Positions 10,111-17,840 are shown, counted from the first letter of the stretch. The stretch: DNA of 64,000 nt from an uncultured cyanobacterium (GCA_963793265.1 CAWBZI010000005.1:160001-224000), one strand, 5' to 3'. Notes: generated by a model not told the origin, from the sequence alone. Made by a program: numbers and translations.

Positions 10111-10781
10111 GCGACGTTGGTAATTTGCTGTGTTTGCCGTTCGATGAAATTGAACCGGGCGTGGGCACCCAGGCACATGATTTTTTGATTCAGGCAGGGG
10201 CACGGCTACTGCATCAAAGCCAGCGAAACTGGGTGCCGCTGATTGTAAAAGAGACGGGAAGGCATCGGTATGAGGTGATTGCCAATGGGTTTGTGTATGC
10301 CGCGATCGCCCAGGCCGGTTTGGAAGAAGCCTGGTGCATTTTAGCCGATGATTCTGCTGAGATTGCGGCTGCCTCTGCTGTACTGGCTCAAGACACGCTG
10401 CCGCGAATCAATCTTTCAGTGGCCTCTCGTCAGCAAATTTCTACCGCACTAGACTATTTGGTGAAGCAGCCGGGAACGCCTTTGAAAGGGGTGAGCGTTG
10501 CGAGTGCGACGACTCGAATTGATGAAGCGCCGCGTAAGTATTGGAAAACGCTACAGCCAATTACAAAGCTGGGTTGCAGGATTTCGGCTGGGAAGAAGCT
10601 GAAGGTGCTAGAGCAGGTTTTTTATGTTGAGCCTGAGCCTTTGCCGGAGATTATTCGCGATCGCTCCCTACTGAATTCTTTTACTGCCACAGAGCTAAAA
10701 AAGATGGCAAGAAAACGGGGCATTGCGAAGACTTCAAAGTTGAAAAAGGCAGCGCTAGTAGAAGCCCTAGCAACGACCTGA
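10101..10781 (+). CDS. ParB-like N-terminal domain protein with a C-terminal Rho-N/HEH-type domain
   Basis: NWVPLIVKE...YEVIANG; C-terminal TATELKKMARKRGI..SKLKKAALVEAL; overlaps the ParA fusion gene. Confidence 0.7.
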   Translation: MGLSDVGNLLCLPFDEIEPGVGTQAHDFLIQAGARLLHQSQRNWVPLIVKETGRHRYEVIANGFVYAAIAQAGLEEAWCILADDSAEIAAASAVLAQDTLPRINLSVASRQQISTALDYLVKQPGTPLKGVSVASATTRIDEAPRKYWKTLQPITKLGCRISAGKKLKVLEQVFYVEPEPLPEIIRDRSLLNSFTATELKKMARKRGIAKTSKLKKAALVEALATT

Positions 10782-10883
10782 GGCTTAGGAAATCACTGGT
10801 GAGATAGCGCGCGTTTCGCTTTGCGCCGCTAGAATATAGGAGTCACGTCCGTATTCACCCGCAGACACTAGACCCTACAGATC

Positions 10884-11183
10884 ATGCTGCAACGTAAAAT
10901 TTACCAGCTTTCTTGCGACAGCCGCGAGGTTCAAATTTTTCTACGCGATCAGCAGAGGTGGATTGAATCGGCCACCATTTTAGGCATAGAAGGCGATTTG
11001 GTAACCTTTCGCTACGAGACTGAAGACGAAGACGAAGTGTGCTCTTGGGAAGAAATGGTGCGCGTTGAGAGTATTGGCGCAATTAGTCAGAAGCTAGCGA
11101 CGGTGCCCAAAGGCCCGATAGAGCTATCGCTGACGAATGACTGCCCAGATGCCGAGCAAATGGGCGAAAAGCGAGAATGGTAG
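10884..11183 (+). CDS. Conserved cyanobacterial hypothetical protein (DUF6679-like)
   Basis: MLQRKIYQL...FLRDQQRWIE...SWEEMVR, recognised from memory. Confidence 0.7.
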   Translation: MLQRKIYQLSCDSREVQIFLRDQQRWIESATILGIEGDLVTFRYETEDEDEVCSWEEMVRVESIGAISQKLATVPKGPIELSLTNDCPDAEQMGEKREW

Positions 11184-11193
11184 ATAATCACGG

Positions 11194-12348
11194 CTAATTG
11201 CGACTTGCTAAGTCAAATACCTGACCGTCTACCAGCAGCCGCGTGATACCTTTGGCCTGTAAATACGGGCTAGTTCTGGTAATCAAATCGCCATCGGGCA
11301 CTTTAATCACGCGCTGCTTATTGCGCGAAAATCGTCTGGCAACTCGGTGATTGTCAAACACGGGCAGCGTTTTAGCTGTTCCTTCATTGCTAGGAATTTG
11401 ACCCAAATCAGCAAAGTCGCTCAGGGGCCGCGTGATTAGCTCGGAGCGCATGTCTACGACTAGGTAGCAGGGCTTCGGTAAGACAGCTTCGTCTAAAGGC
11501 ATGACCGATATGGTGACGGTAGGCTGAAGCTTGGGCTTAGGGACGTCAATGCTGTCGTCATCGTCATCGTCTTCCTCCTCTTCGTCATCATCATCGTCGC
11601 CAAAGTCATCGCCTAAGGTTTCGTCAAGACCTAGTAAATCGTCGTCATCATCGTCTTCCTCCTCGTCATCTTCTGAGCTGCTAGCGAGTATAGGAGCAGG
11701 TTTTCTAACGGGTTTGCCTTTGCTGCTGTCTAGCTCGGGACTGTCTAGCTCAAGACTGTCTAGCTCAGGACTGTCTAGCTCGGGACTGTCGGCGTCTTCT
11801 AAGCCTTCGGGCTGTGCTGGTTCATCTGCGATCGCCCCGCCAACCTCTTCGGTAAGTAGCGGTAGCTGCTCATCTTCATTCGTCGAACGGCTTCTGCGGC
11901 GGCGTCTCGACTTGGGGGCCTCGTCTTTTTCGGCGGCTGTTTTTAGCCTGGGGGGCTCTACTTTGGCAGCTTGCTCGTCTGGCTCATTCGCCTGAGCGAT
12001 CGCCTCGACTACGGGCGTGCTTTGCTGAATTAGCTCAGGCATGGCCGTCTCGACTGACTCAACAACCTCAGCAGAGCCACGCTTTTTCTTTTTGTCCGGT
12101 ACGTTCTTTCTACGCCGCTTTTGCTCGGGCTCGCTGCTTTCAGCAACCGTTTTATCGGCACCCGCCATCCGCTTCTGCGAAATCAGGGCGCTGTATTCCT
12201 CAGAGGGCAGCGTCGTCTTTAAAATTCGGCTGATTGTACTGTTGCTGACACCATACTGCTCAGCGAGCGTCGAAGTGGTTTGATTGGGCTGTTTGTACAG
12301 CTCAATGATGTCGCCTTTATCTGAGTCAGACAGTTTTCTCGGGGCCAT
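11194..12348 (-). CDS. HTH-domain protein with a long acidic linker and a conserved cyanobacterial C-terminal domain
   Basis: TTSTLAEQYGVSNSTISRILK HTH; poly-D/E tract; C-terminal CYLVVD...LPVFDNHRVARRFS. Confidence 0.8.
   Translation of the reverse strand: MAPRKLSDSDKGDIIELYKQPNQTTSTLAEQYGVSNSTISRILKTTLPSEEYSALISQKRMAGADKTVAESSEPEQKRRRKNVPDKKKKRGSAEVVESVETAMPELIQQSTPVVEAIAQANEPDEQAAKVEPPRLKTAAEKDEAPKSRRRRRSRSTNEDEQLPLLTEEVGGAIADEPAQPEGLEDADSPELDSPELDSLELDSPELDSSKGKPVRKPAPILASSSEDDEEEDDDDDDLLGLDETLGDDFGDDDDDEEEEDDDDDDSIDVPKPKLQPTVTISVMPLDEAVLPKPCYLVVDMRSELITRPLSDFADLGQIPSNEGTAKTLPVFDNHRVARRFSRNKQRVIKVPDGDLITRTSPYLQAKGITRLLVDGQVFDLASRN
11726..11790. repeat. Coding 15-bp tandem repeat, 4.3 copies (DSPEL)
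   Basis: CTGTCTAGCTCRRGA units at 11726, 11741, 11756, 11771. Confidence 0.9.
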
Positions 12349-12399
12349 GCTGCCGATGTCCTTGTGTCTTTGCCTCTCACAGTATGGCAGTTTTCAGCC

Positions 12400-13371
12400 T
12401 TACAACCACTGCTTGCGAGAACGTGTTTGCTGCATCTTAACGGAAATTCCACGTTCGACTCCAGCCCCCAAGCCAAAAAATAACGCTGATAAAATCCAAA
12501 AGATTTCCCACGCTGAGCCCTGCACGTAGCGCCCTCGGCCCACCTCATAGATCAAAAACATATCCGCGACGTACAGGCACAGGCCCGCCAGCGCGATCAG
12601 CTTCCAGGCTTCGGAATAGGTGCCGCCCCAAAAGGCTACGAGCAGGGCCGCGGCCATGACGATAAGCGCGCAGTCACCAATTACATAGAGCAAATCTACG
12701 CGGCTGGTGATGCGGCTAAGGCGCTGATCTATGAGCTGTACAATCGCCGGGGCGGCCTGCTCTGAGCTGGTGACGGTGCCAATAGCTGCGCCTTTGGCCT
12801 GTGTGATTGTGGGTGCGATCGCCAGTTCACTCACTGTGCTATCCACGCTAGTGGTGGCAACCTCGGGCGGGTAAAAGTTCAGCCAGCAGGCCAACACGAT
12901 ACCCACCGTACCCACTGCTGCGATTCCTAAGCTCTGCTGAATATTAAGGTTAATGCGCCGGGGCAAGATGGCATTTAGCAGGCCGAGCGAGAGGAAAAGG
13001 TAGCTGGCGCTGTAGAACACGTCGCCCAAAGAGACAGCGGAGGTAATGCCCCAAATGCTGCGCCATAGGATGACGGTGATGTCGCCGAGGGCGTAGAACG
13101 TGAGGCCGAGTGCGATCGCCTGCCACACCGTCCGTCCGCTCAAAATAGACGCATCTCGTGAGTTTTGCCAGCACAGTACGCTCGATATCAAAAACGCGCC
13201 GACTTTTAGCAGGCTGACAACTGTCGGAAACCATCTTGCATGCAGCGTTGCGGGCAGCACGCTAAAGAGCAAAAAAGCGCAGACAGACAGCAAGGCCCAG
13301 CCTGCACACAGCACCAAAGCCCCTCGATCTGCTTGGGCTATTCCTAAAGCCGCCTTAGTTGTCTCGCTCAC
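12400..13371 (-). CDS. Multi-pass membrane protein, stand-alone sensor-like domain
   Basis: About 8 hydrophobic segments; GDVFY, YVIGD, YVAD motifs. Confidence 0.7.
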   Translation of the reverse strand: MSETTKAALGIAQADRGALVLCAGWALLSVCAFLLFSVLPATLHARWFPTVVSLLKVGAFLISSVLCWQNSRDASILSGRTVWQAIALGLTFYALGDITVILWRSIWGITSAVSLGDVFYSASYLFLSLGLLNAILPRRINLNIQQSLGIAAVGTVGIVLACWLNFYPPEVATTSVDSTVSELAIAPTITQAKGAAIGTVTSSEQAAPAIVQLIDQRLSRITSRVDLLYVIGDCALIVMAAALLVAFWGGTYSEAWKLIALAGLCLYVADMFLIYEVGRGRYVQGSAWEIFWILSALFFGLGAGVERGISVKMQQTRSRKQWL

Positions 13372-13414
13372 GCCCTTTCCTCAAGTTTGAAATTGTTGCT
13401 ATCAGCACCTAAAG

Positions 13415-14059
13415 CTACAGATGCTTCAGCCAAAGATTATTTAATAGAGAAAGGCGTAGCCAGTTGAGAAACACTGTTTTGTCATTAGTCGCAAGATCGT
13501 CTAGAGCGGCGATGGTTCGCGTAACGAAGCTAGCGCAGCCGAAAAACTGGGTGCCCAAACGATGCAGCTCCAGCAGAAGCTTGCTGATGTCGTCTTCTTC
13601 CCAGTGGGGCAGCGCTTCTGTGAGCGGATTGAGGCGCAAAATTCCACCGAAGCCCCCGACGGCTGATAGCTGCTTGGGTGAGATCGCCTCCAAGGCCGCA
13701 CCAAAATCCTTAGCCTGCTTGCTGCCTAGTAGCTGCTCTACATCGCTATAAAGCGCCTGAATCATTACTACGCTAGCTTTGGCATAGGCCACGGGCGCAA
13801 CGGGCTGTAATACCCCTATATTCAAGCGCACCTGTCGCCACACGCTATAGCGAAAGCGTTCTTCGAGCAAAACGCACATCTTACCCTCGTTCTCGGTCAA
13901 ATCGCGCCAAGAGGCATGAGCCTCGGCCTGCTGGTCGGAGCCGAAGACGCTCAGCAGCCGAAAGGTTTTGTCTTCGTATGACAAAATCGGCACTTTTTTT
14001 GCCTTTTTGGGATGTTGAATGCTGGTGATTTCGACATCTTCTGGGGTTAACAAGAACAT
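13415..14059 (-). CDS. Npun_F0813-family conserved cyanobacterial protein
   Basis: DVEITSIQHP...PILSY..KTFRL...WRDLTENEGK.CVLLEE, recognised from memory. Confidence 0.7.
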   Translation of the reverse strand: MFLLTPEDVEITSIQHPKKAKKVPILSYEDKTFRLLSVFGSDQQAEAHASWRDLTENEGKMCVLLEERFRYSVWRQVRLNIGVLQPVAPVAYAKASVVMIQALYSDVEQLLGSKQAKDFGAALEAISPKQLSAVGGFGGILRLNPLTEALPHWEEDDISKLLLELHRLGTQFFGCASFVTRTIAALDDLATNDKTVFLNWLRLSLLNNLWLKHL

Positions 14060-14293
14060 GGGCGGTAGGTGCTAATCTTGAGCGGGGCCAAGCATAGCAG
14101 TGGCCTCAGGTTGTGCGGTTAGCGTACCCAAATGCTGCATCAATTAAGATAGGTATTACTAGCACGCCAGAGAATTCGGCAGCTTTGAAGAGATGCGAAT
14201 GACCGCCTAAACAAGCGGGCCAAATTGCGATATATTCGCTATCAGGTGTAAGCTAGTACAGCTAAATAATTAGCGCCCTCGGCTAGCCGATAA

Positions 14294-14367
14294 GGATCCT
14301 TAGCTCAGTTGGATAGAGCAATCGCCTTCTAAGCGATCGGTCACTGGTTCGAATCCAGTAGGATCCG
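14294..14367 (+). tRNA. trnR-UCU: tRNA-Arg(TCT)
   Basis: Acceptor stem GGATCCT/AGGATCC, D arm, anticodon arm ATCGC-CTTCTAA-GCGAT, T loop GTTCGAATC; CCA not encoded. Confidence 0.97.
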
Positions 14368-14422
14368 TTGAAAAAATAAATACTTATGGTTTGGGATTCA
14401 CCTATTAACGCCCGTGAGCTTT

Positions 14423-14809
14423 CTATGAAAGCTGCCATAGTTTTTTGCAGTCATAGTCCTGAAAGGCTGAGTCGCGAGTAACGATAGTGACTGCCTCAGT
14501 CCGGCTCTGAGCAATGATCAGCCGATCAAAGGGATCTTTGTGATGCTGAGGAAGCTGCTCTAAATCTAGAATATGAGCAACGGTGATTGGTAAAAGCCTA
14601 ATGCCGTTAGATTGATGATGGTTCACCATTTCAGCTAGCGGCATATTCAGGTTAAGTTTTCCTATCTGCGTCTTAATTTGAATTTCCCAAAGTGAGACTA
14701 GGCTTACCAGCAGCTCTGAACGTTGCAGTAGCTCAAGCGTAGTAGCAGGAATGCGACTCGGCTCTCTGTCCCACCAGATAAATGTGTGCGTATCAAGCAG
14801 TAACTTCAT
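14423..14809 (-). CDS. vapC: VapC-type PIN-domain toxin
   Basis: MKLLLDTHTFIWW, SLWEIQIK, HKDPFDRLIIAQ, IVTRD. Confidence 0.92.
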   Translation of the reverse strand: MKLLLDTHTFIWWDREPSRIPATTLELLQRSELLVSLVSLWEIQIKTQIGKLNLNMPLAEMVNHHQSNGIRLLPITVAHILDLEQLPQHHKDPFDRLIIAQSRTEAVTIVTRDSAFQDYDCKKLWQLS

Positions 14810-15014
14810 TTTCTCCCAGCCAGAATGAATCTGGCAGGGGGGCATCAAAATCGTCTGCCATCCAGTAGGGAGTGTCTTTGTGGAGTCCAGGAGTGGGGGA
14901 AGTGGGCGTGATGGGGTTTCGCTGACGGAGGAAGGCAGCAAAGTTGAGAACTTCTTGCTGCTGTTCGGGTGTCAGCGATCGCACTTCTGCGATTAAAGCT
15001 TGCTCGATACTCAT
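14793..15014 (-). CDS. DUF2281-type antitoxin
   Basis: QQQEVLNFAAFL...WMADDFDAPLPD; overlaps the PIN gene start. Confidence 0.85.
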   Translation of the reverse strand: MSIEQALIAEVRSLTPEQQQEVLNFAAFLRQRNPITPTSPTPGLHKDTPYWMADDFDAPLPDSFWLGENEVTA

Positions 15015-15088
15015 AGTGTCTGCCTTCGTGACGTGCATTGAGATTATTGTAGCCCTACGCTGAGGCGAGACAGCCGCATAGCAGATAC

Positions 15089-15289
15089 TCACTGCTGAGC
15101 GATTGGAGAGGGAATGGGTTTTCCCTCTGCGGTAGCAGCCTCTAGCCAGGCTTGTTTGGCAATGGCTAGCTCTTGCAAGGCTTCGATAGGGGTTTTGCCA
15201 AAGGCGGAGCAGTAGGTAAGGTCGGGAATATCAGCAATATAGCCTTTGTCGTCTTCGCTATAAAAGATGTTGATGTGATGGTCTTTCAT
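15089..15289 (-). CDS. hicB: HicB-family antitoxin (no adjacent hicA)
   Basis: GYIADIPDL..CSAFGKT..EAL...W...G.PIP. Confidence 0.85.
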   Translation of the reverse strand: MKDHHINIFYSEDDKGYIADIPDLTYCSAFGKTPIEALQELAIAKQAWLEAATAEGKPIPSPIAQQ

Positions 15290-15448
15290 GGCTAGTCGTC
15301 TAAAAATAGTAAGGACTATGTTATCTCTACACCTATGCTATCAAGCTGTTGATCGATCCAGGAATTGGCACTTTTCTCATCGGTTTCGATGGCCCGTTCT
15401 GCGCCAATTTTTAGCATTTTCTATATAGTTGCTCAAATTGCGCATGAG

Positions 15449-15521
15449 GGAAACTCAACAGTATGCTTACTTCAGCTCGCCCGGACGCCTCTGCGTCCGC
15501 CGTTCCCCCTGTCGGCAATTC
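15449..15521 (+). repeat. 73-bp direct repeat, copy 1 (RBS region plus first ~20 codons)
   Basis: 67/73 identical to 16637-16709. Confidence 0.92.
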
Positions 15522-15915
15522 GTACAAAGCTCTGCTGAAATATGAAAACATATTTGAGGTGTACTGGGTGACGAGCGATTTTCCCTCTGACGATATCTAT
15601 CTGAAAAGCCTATGTGAGCTTTATACAGAGATTGAAGTCGTAGAGATTAAGAAATACCTCGAAGAATGGAGTGCTGGAACATACGCAACGACCGCGCAAG
15701 GTGTGCTAGACCACGCTATTCGAAAAGGGATTGAACCGATAAAATACTTAAGGCGATGCCACAATTTCAATCGCAAAAGAGCGCGAAGAGTGCCTCCAAA
15801 GGGCTACCGACAGGATGGTTCAGCGGTTTACCGAAAGGATGGACAGTATTTGATCGTTCGATTAGATCAGTTCGGGATTGAGAAAGTTGTAAGTTTTGGT
15901 ATTTCCCAGGAGTAA
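15463..15915 (+). CDS. Hypothetical protein, basic toxin-like C-terminal domain
   Basis: 150-aa ORF; WSAGTY...LDHAIRKG...KYLRR; Arg/Lys-rich tail. Confidence 0.6.
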   Translation: MLTSARPDASASAVPPVGNSYKALLKYENIFEVYWVTSDFPSDDIYLKSLCELYTEIEVVEIKKYLEEWSAGTYATTAQGVLDHAIRKGIEPIKYLRRCHNFNRKRARRVPPKGYRQDGSAVYRKDGQYLIVRLDQFGIEKVVSFGISQE

Positions 15916-15917
15916 AG

Positions 15918-16334
15918 GTGATGACAATAGATGATGGCAGCCTCGAAATTAAGAGAAAACATGTTGCTCAGGTGCTGTCGCAGCTCACAATTGATTATCA
16001 GCTTGCGAAGGCTGAGCGTAGGCTTTTATCTGAATCTTTAGGTAGCGAAGATACGGCTTTTACTCTTATTGAAGAGCTAGAGTTGCTGACTGTGGGAATT
16101 CGTGGATGGGGATGTCAGTTTTCGGCAGCTACCAGCATAGAGAATACAAGGGAGGCGATCGCACAGCTAAGAGGTCTTAGGGTCTTCCAAGTACCGAATA
16201 TTACTGAGTTTTATTTTGACGAGTCAACACAGTCCGAGCGATTGAAGCTTTACATCAGTCTGCTAGACTATCTACGCTTGTTGTTGCTTGAGTACTTAGA
16301 GGCGATCGCTTCCGAAGAATCTATTGCCGCGTAG
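15918..16334 (+). CDS. Hypothetical acidic helical protein, possible antitoxin/immunity
   Basis: Starts 2 bp after the upstream stop with AGGAG just upstream; Leu/Glu-rich. Confidence 0.65.
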   Translation: MMTIDDGSLEIKRKHVAQVLSQLTIDYQLAKAERRLLSESLGSEDTAFTLIEELELLTVGIRGWGCQFSAATSIENTREAIAQLRGLRVFQVPNITEFYFDESTQSERLKLYISLLDYLRLLLLEYLEAIASEESIAA

Positions 16335-16391
16335 CTCGCACAATCGTTTTATTGCACAGCGCTTTTCTCTCCACATTCACATAATTTCCAC

Positions 16392-16420
16392 TTGACGGCA
16401 GCAAGGAATCAGATTATCGT
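16392..16420 (+). promoter_or_regulatory. Sigma70-type promoter
   Basis: TTGACG-N17-TATCGT directly before the structured leader. Confidence 0.55.
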
Positions 16421-16426
16421 CATCTC

Positions 16427-16630
16427 TAAGCTGTGATGCCTATCACAGTTGTTCTTGCCAGAACTCGATTTCGCTCAGCACTATCGATAGGTGGTGGAAC
16501 ACCTACCGATAGCTAACCCCCCGGACTAACCAGCAGTCTAGGCGGCTAGAGTCACTTTACTCTAGCCACCCCGATTTGCACTACATTTTCGCGGGGTGGC
16601 TTGGTTTAGTGGGGTTCTGGTTTCCTCAAA
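16427..16630 (+). ncRNA. Putative structured leader RNA / ncRNA
   Basis: Hairpins at 16429-16450, 16451-16464, 16481-16512, 16523-16539, 16544-16567 and an alternative stem 16564-16573/16592-16601. Confidence 0.55.
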
Positions 16631-16636
16631 AATAAA

Positions 16637-16709
16637 GGAAATTCAACGTTATGCTTACTTCAGCTCGCCCGGACGCCTCTGCGCCCACCGTTCCCCCTGT
16701 CGGTAATTC
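16637..16709 (+). repeat. 73-bp direct repeat, copy 2
   Basis: 67/73 identical to 15449-15521. Confidence 0.92.
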
Positions 16710-16899
16710 TTCGTTTCCCTCAGGCGATAGCCCCGAGATCGTCACTCACACCATACGCGGCTCCCTTCATGCGGTTCAAGCGACCATTCGCACTTTGTTC
16801 AAGCTCAACTATGCTGAGCCTAACGATTGGAGTAAGCCTGTGCCGACGGGCGATCGCAACGAAGTCATGGTTGTGTTGACCCGTCGTGTAAGACTGTAG
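16651..16899 (+). CDS. Small cyanobacterial hypothetical protein
   Basis: AAGGAA RBS; GS..AV..TI..L..L.YAEPNDWS.P.PTG...EVM.VL resembles a multicopy cyanobacterial family (from memory). Confidence 0.75.
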   Translation: MLTSARPDASAPTVPPVGNSSFPSGDSPEIVTHTIRGSLHAVQATIRTLFKLNYAEPNDWSKPVPTGDRNEVMVVLTRRVRL

Positions 16900-16926
16900 C
16901 GCTAGCCATACAGCGAGTTATCCAAT

Positions 16927-17178
16927 GGCGATACGCTAAAACACGAAGGCAAATTGCCAAAAGCCTTACATGATCTGCCAAATCACCTGCATGATTCGGC
17001 AGATCATCAATACGATCCGTCGAATCATGCAGGTGATTTGCCGAACCATCAACACGATCTGCCGGATCACAAGGATGATTTGCCACCTCATCAACACGAT
17101 TTGCCAGATCATGAAAGTGATCTGTTGAAGTCGCTACGTACTTTGACAAAGTACGTGGGCGATCTGCCTTTCGTCTTT
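16927..17178. repeat. Phased array of 21-bp dyad-symmetric repeats
   Basis: Seven core units 16969-17115 (consensus nnyGATYTGCCRRATCAynnn) plus degenerate in-phase flanking units. Confidence 0.88.
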
Positions 17179-17315
17179 GGCAATAAGTAGTCTTACAGAT
17201 AAGGCAATGTAATTTTTGTTGCTTTTGTCGGGCACTGTAATCACAGGCAGAGAACCTGTGAGCTTAGCGCGCTAGGGTTTCTGCACAACAACATTACTAC
17301 CTGGGCACATCCACT

Positions 17316-17702
17316 ATGCCAAGACAAAAGAAAAAATCCGCGGCCCTCCCTGACGCGGCCAAGCGCCTTTCAGGCATGAAGTCTATTGATCCTAAGCTCG
17401 ACTTCGGCGCAGGCTATTCTAATGCAGAGTTTGCCAAGCACATTGCCAAGGTAACCGCTAACCTGGATACCTACAACACACTGCTCTCTAAGGTTGATGA
17501 AGCCTACAATGCCTTCCTTGAGTCAGAAAAAGAGCTGTCAAAGTTTTCGGGCAAGATGCTGGCTAACGTGGCCATTCGCTATGACAAAGACAGCAGTGAG
17601 TATGAGATGGCAGGCGGGGTGAGGACGCGCGATCGCAAACGCCCTACACGAAAGGCCACTGCACCTAAAGCCACCACGCCTAAAGCCCTTGCTGCTGTGT
17701 AG
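17316..17702 (+). CDS. Conserved basic, helical hypothetical protein (Y.KDS.EYEMAGG.R motif)
   Basis: 128 aa; KSIDPKLDFG, coiled-coil-like middle, YDKDSSEYEMAGGVR, basic termini. Confidence 0.85.
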   Translation: MPRQKKKSAALPDAAKRLSGMKSIDPKLDFGAGYSNAEFAKHIAKVTANLDTYNTLLSKVDEAYNAFLESEKELSKFSGKMLANVAIRYDKDSSEYEMAGGVRTRDRKRPTRKATAPKATTPKALAAV

Positions 17703-17742
17703 ACTAATTTTCACTCGTTAAAAACAGATATCAAAGATGTGG

Positions 17743-17776
17743 GGTTTACTGGCGCTGGCTAGTGAACCTTTTTTTT
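17743..17776 (+). terminator. Intrinsic terminator
   Basis: GGTTTACTGGC-GCTG-GCTAGTGAACC stem (two G-U pairs) followed by T8. Confidence 0.85.
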
Positions 17777-17840
17777 GCGCAGGTTTAATCATTAACATTA
17801 CAATGACTTCAAATTTACCGCTAAAAGAGGCCCCTAACCC

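Noticed and set aside
8728..10781. Chromosomal parAB or a type I restriction-modification system
   Set aside because: The ParB-like protein lacks the canonical arginine patch, ParA carries a nuclease domain, and hsdM, hsdS and helicase motifs are absent.
11531..11995. Poly-Ser ORF
   Set aside because: Antisense of the Asp/Glu tract.
14810..14941. Long N-terminus of the PIN toxin
   Set aside because: It overlaps the antitoxin gene; the PIN domain begins at MKLLLDTH (14809).
16927..17178. CRISPR array
   Set aside because: The period is only 21 bp, units are degenerate, there are no spacer-length unique sequences, and no cas genes are in the window.
16865..17190. Two heptad-repeat ORFs as confident genes
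   Set aside because: Both strands stay open because of the 21-bp dyad repeat and there is no clear RBS; kept only as a hypothesis.
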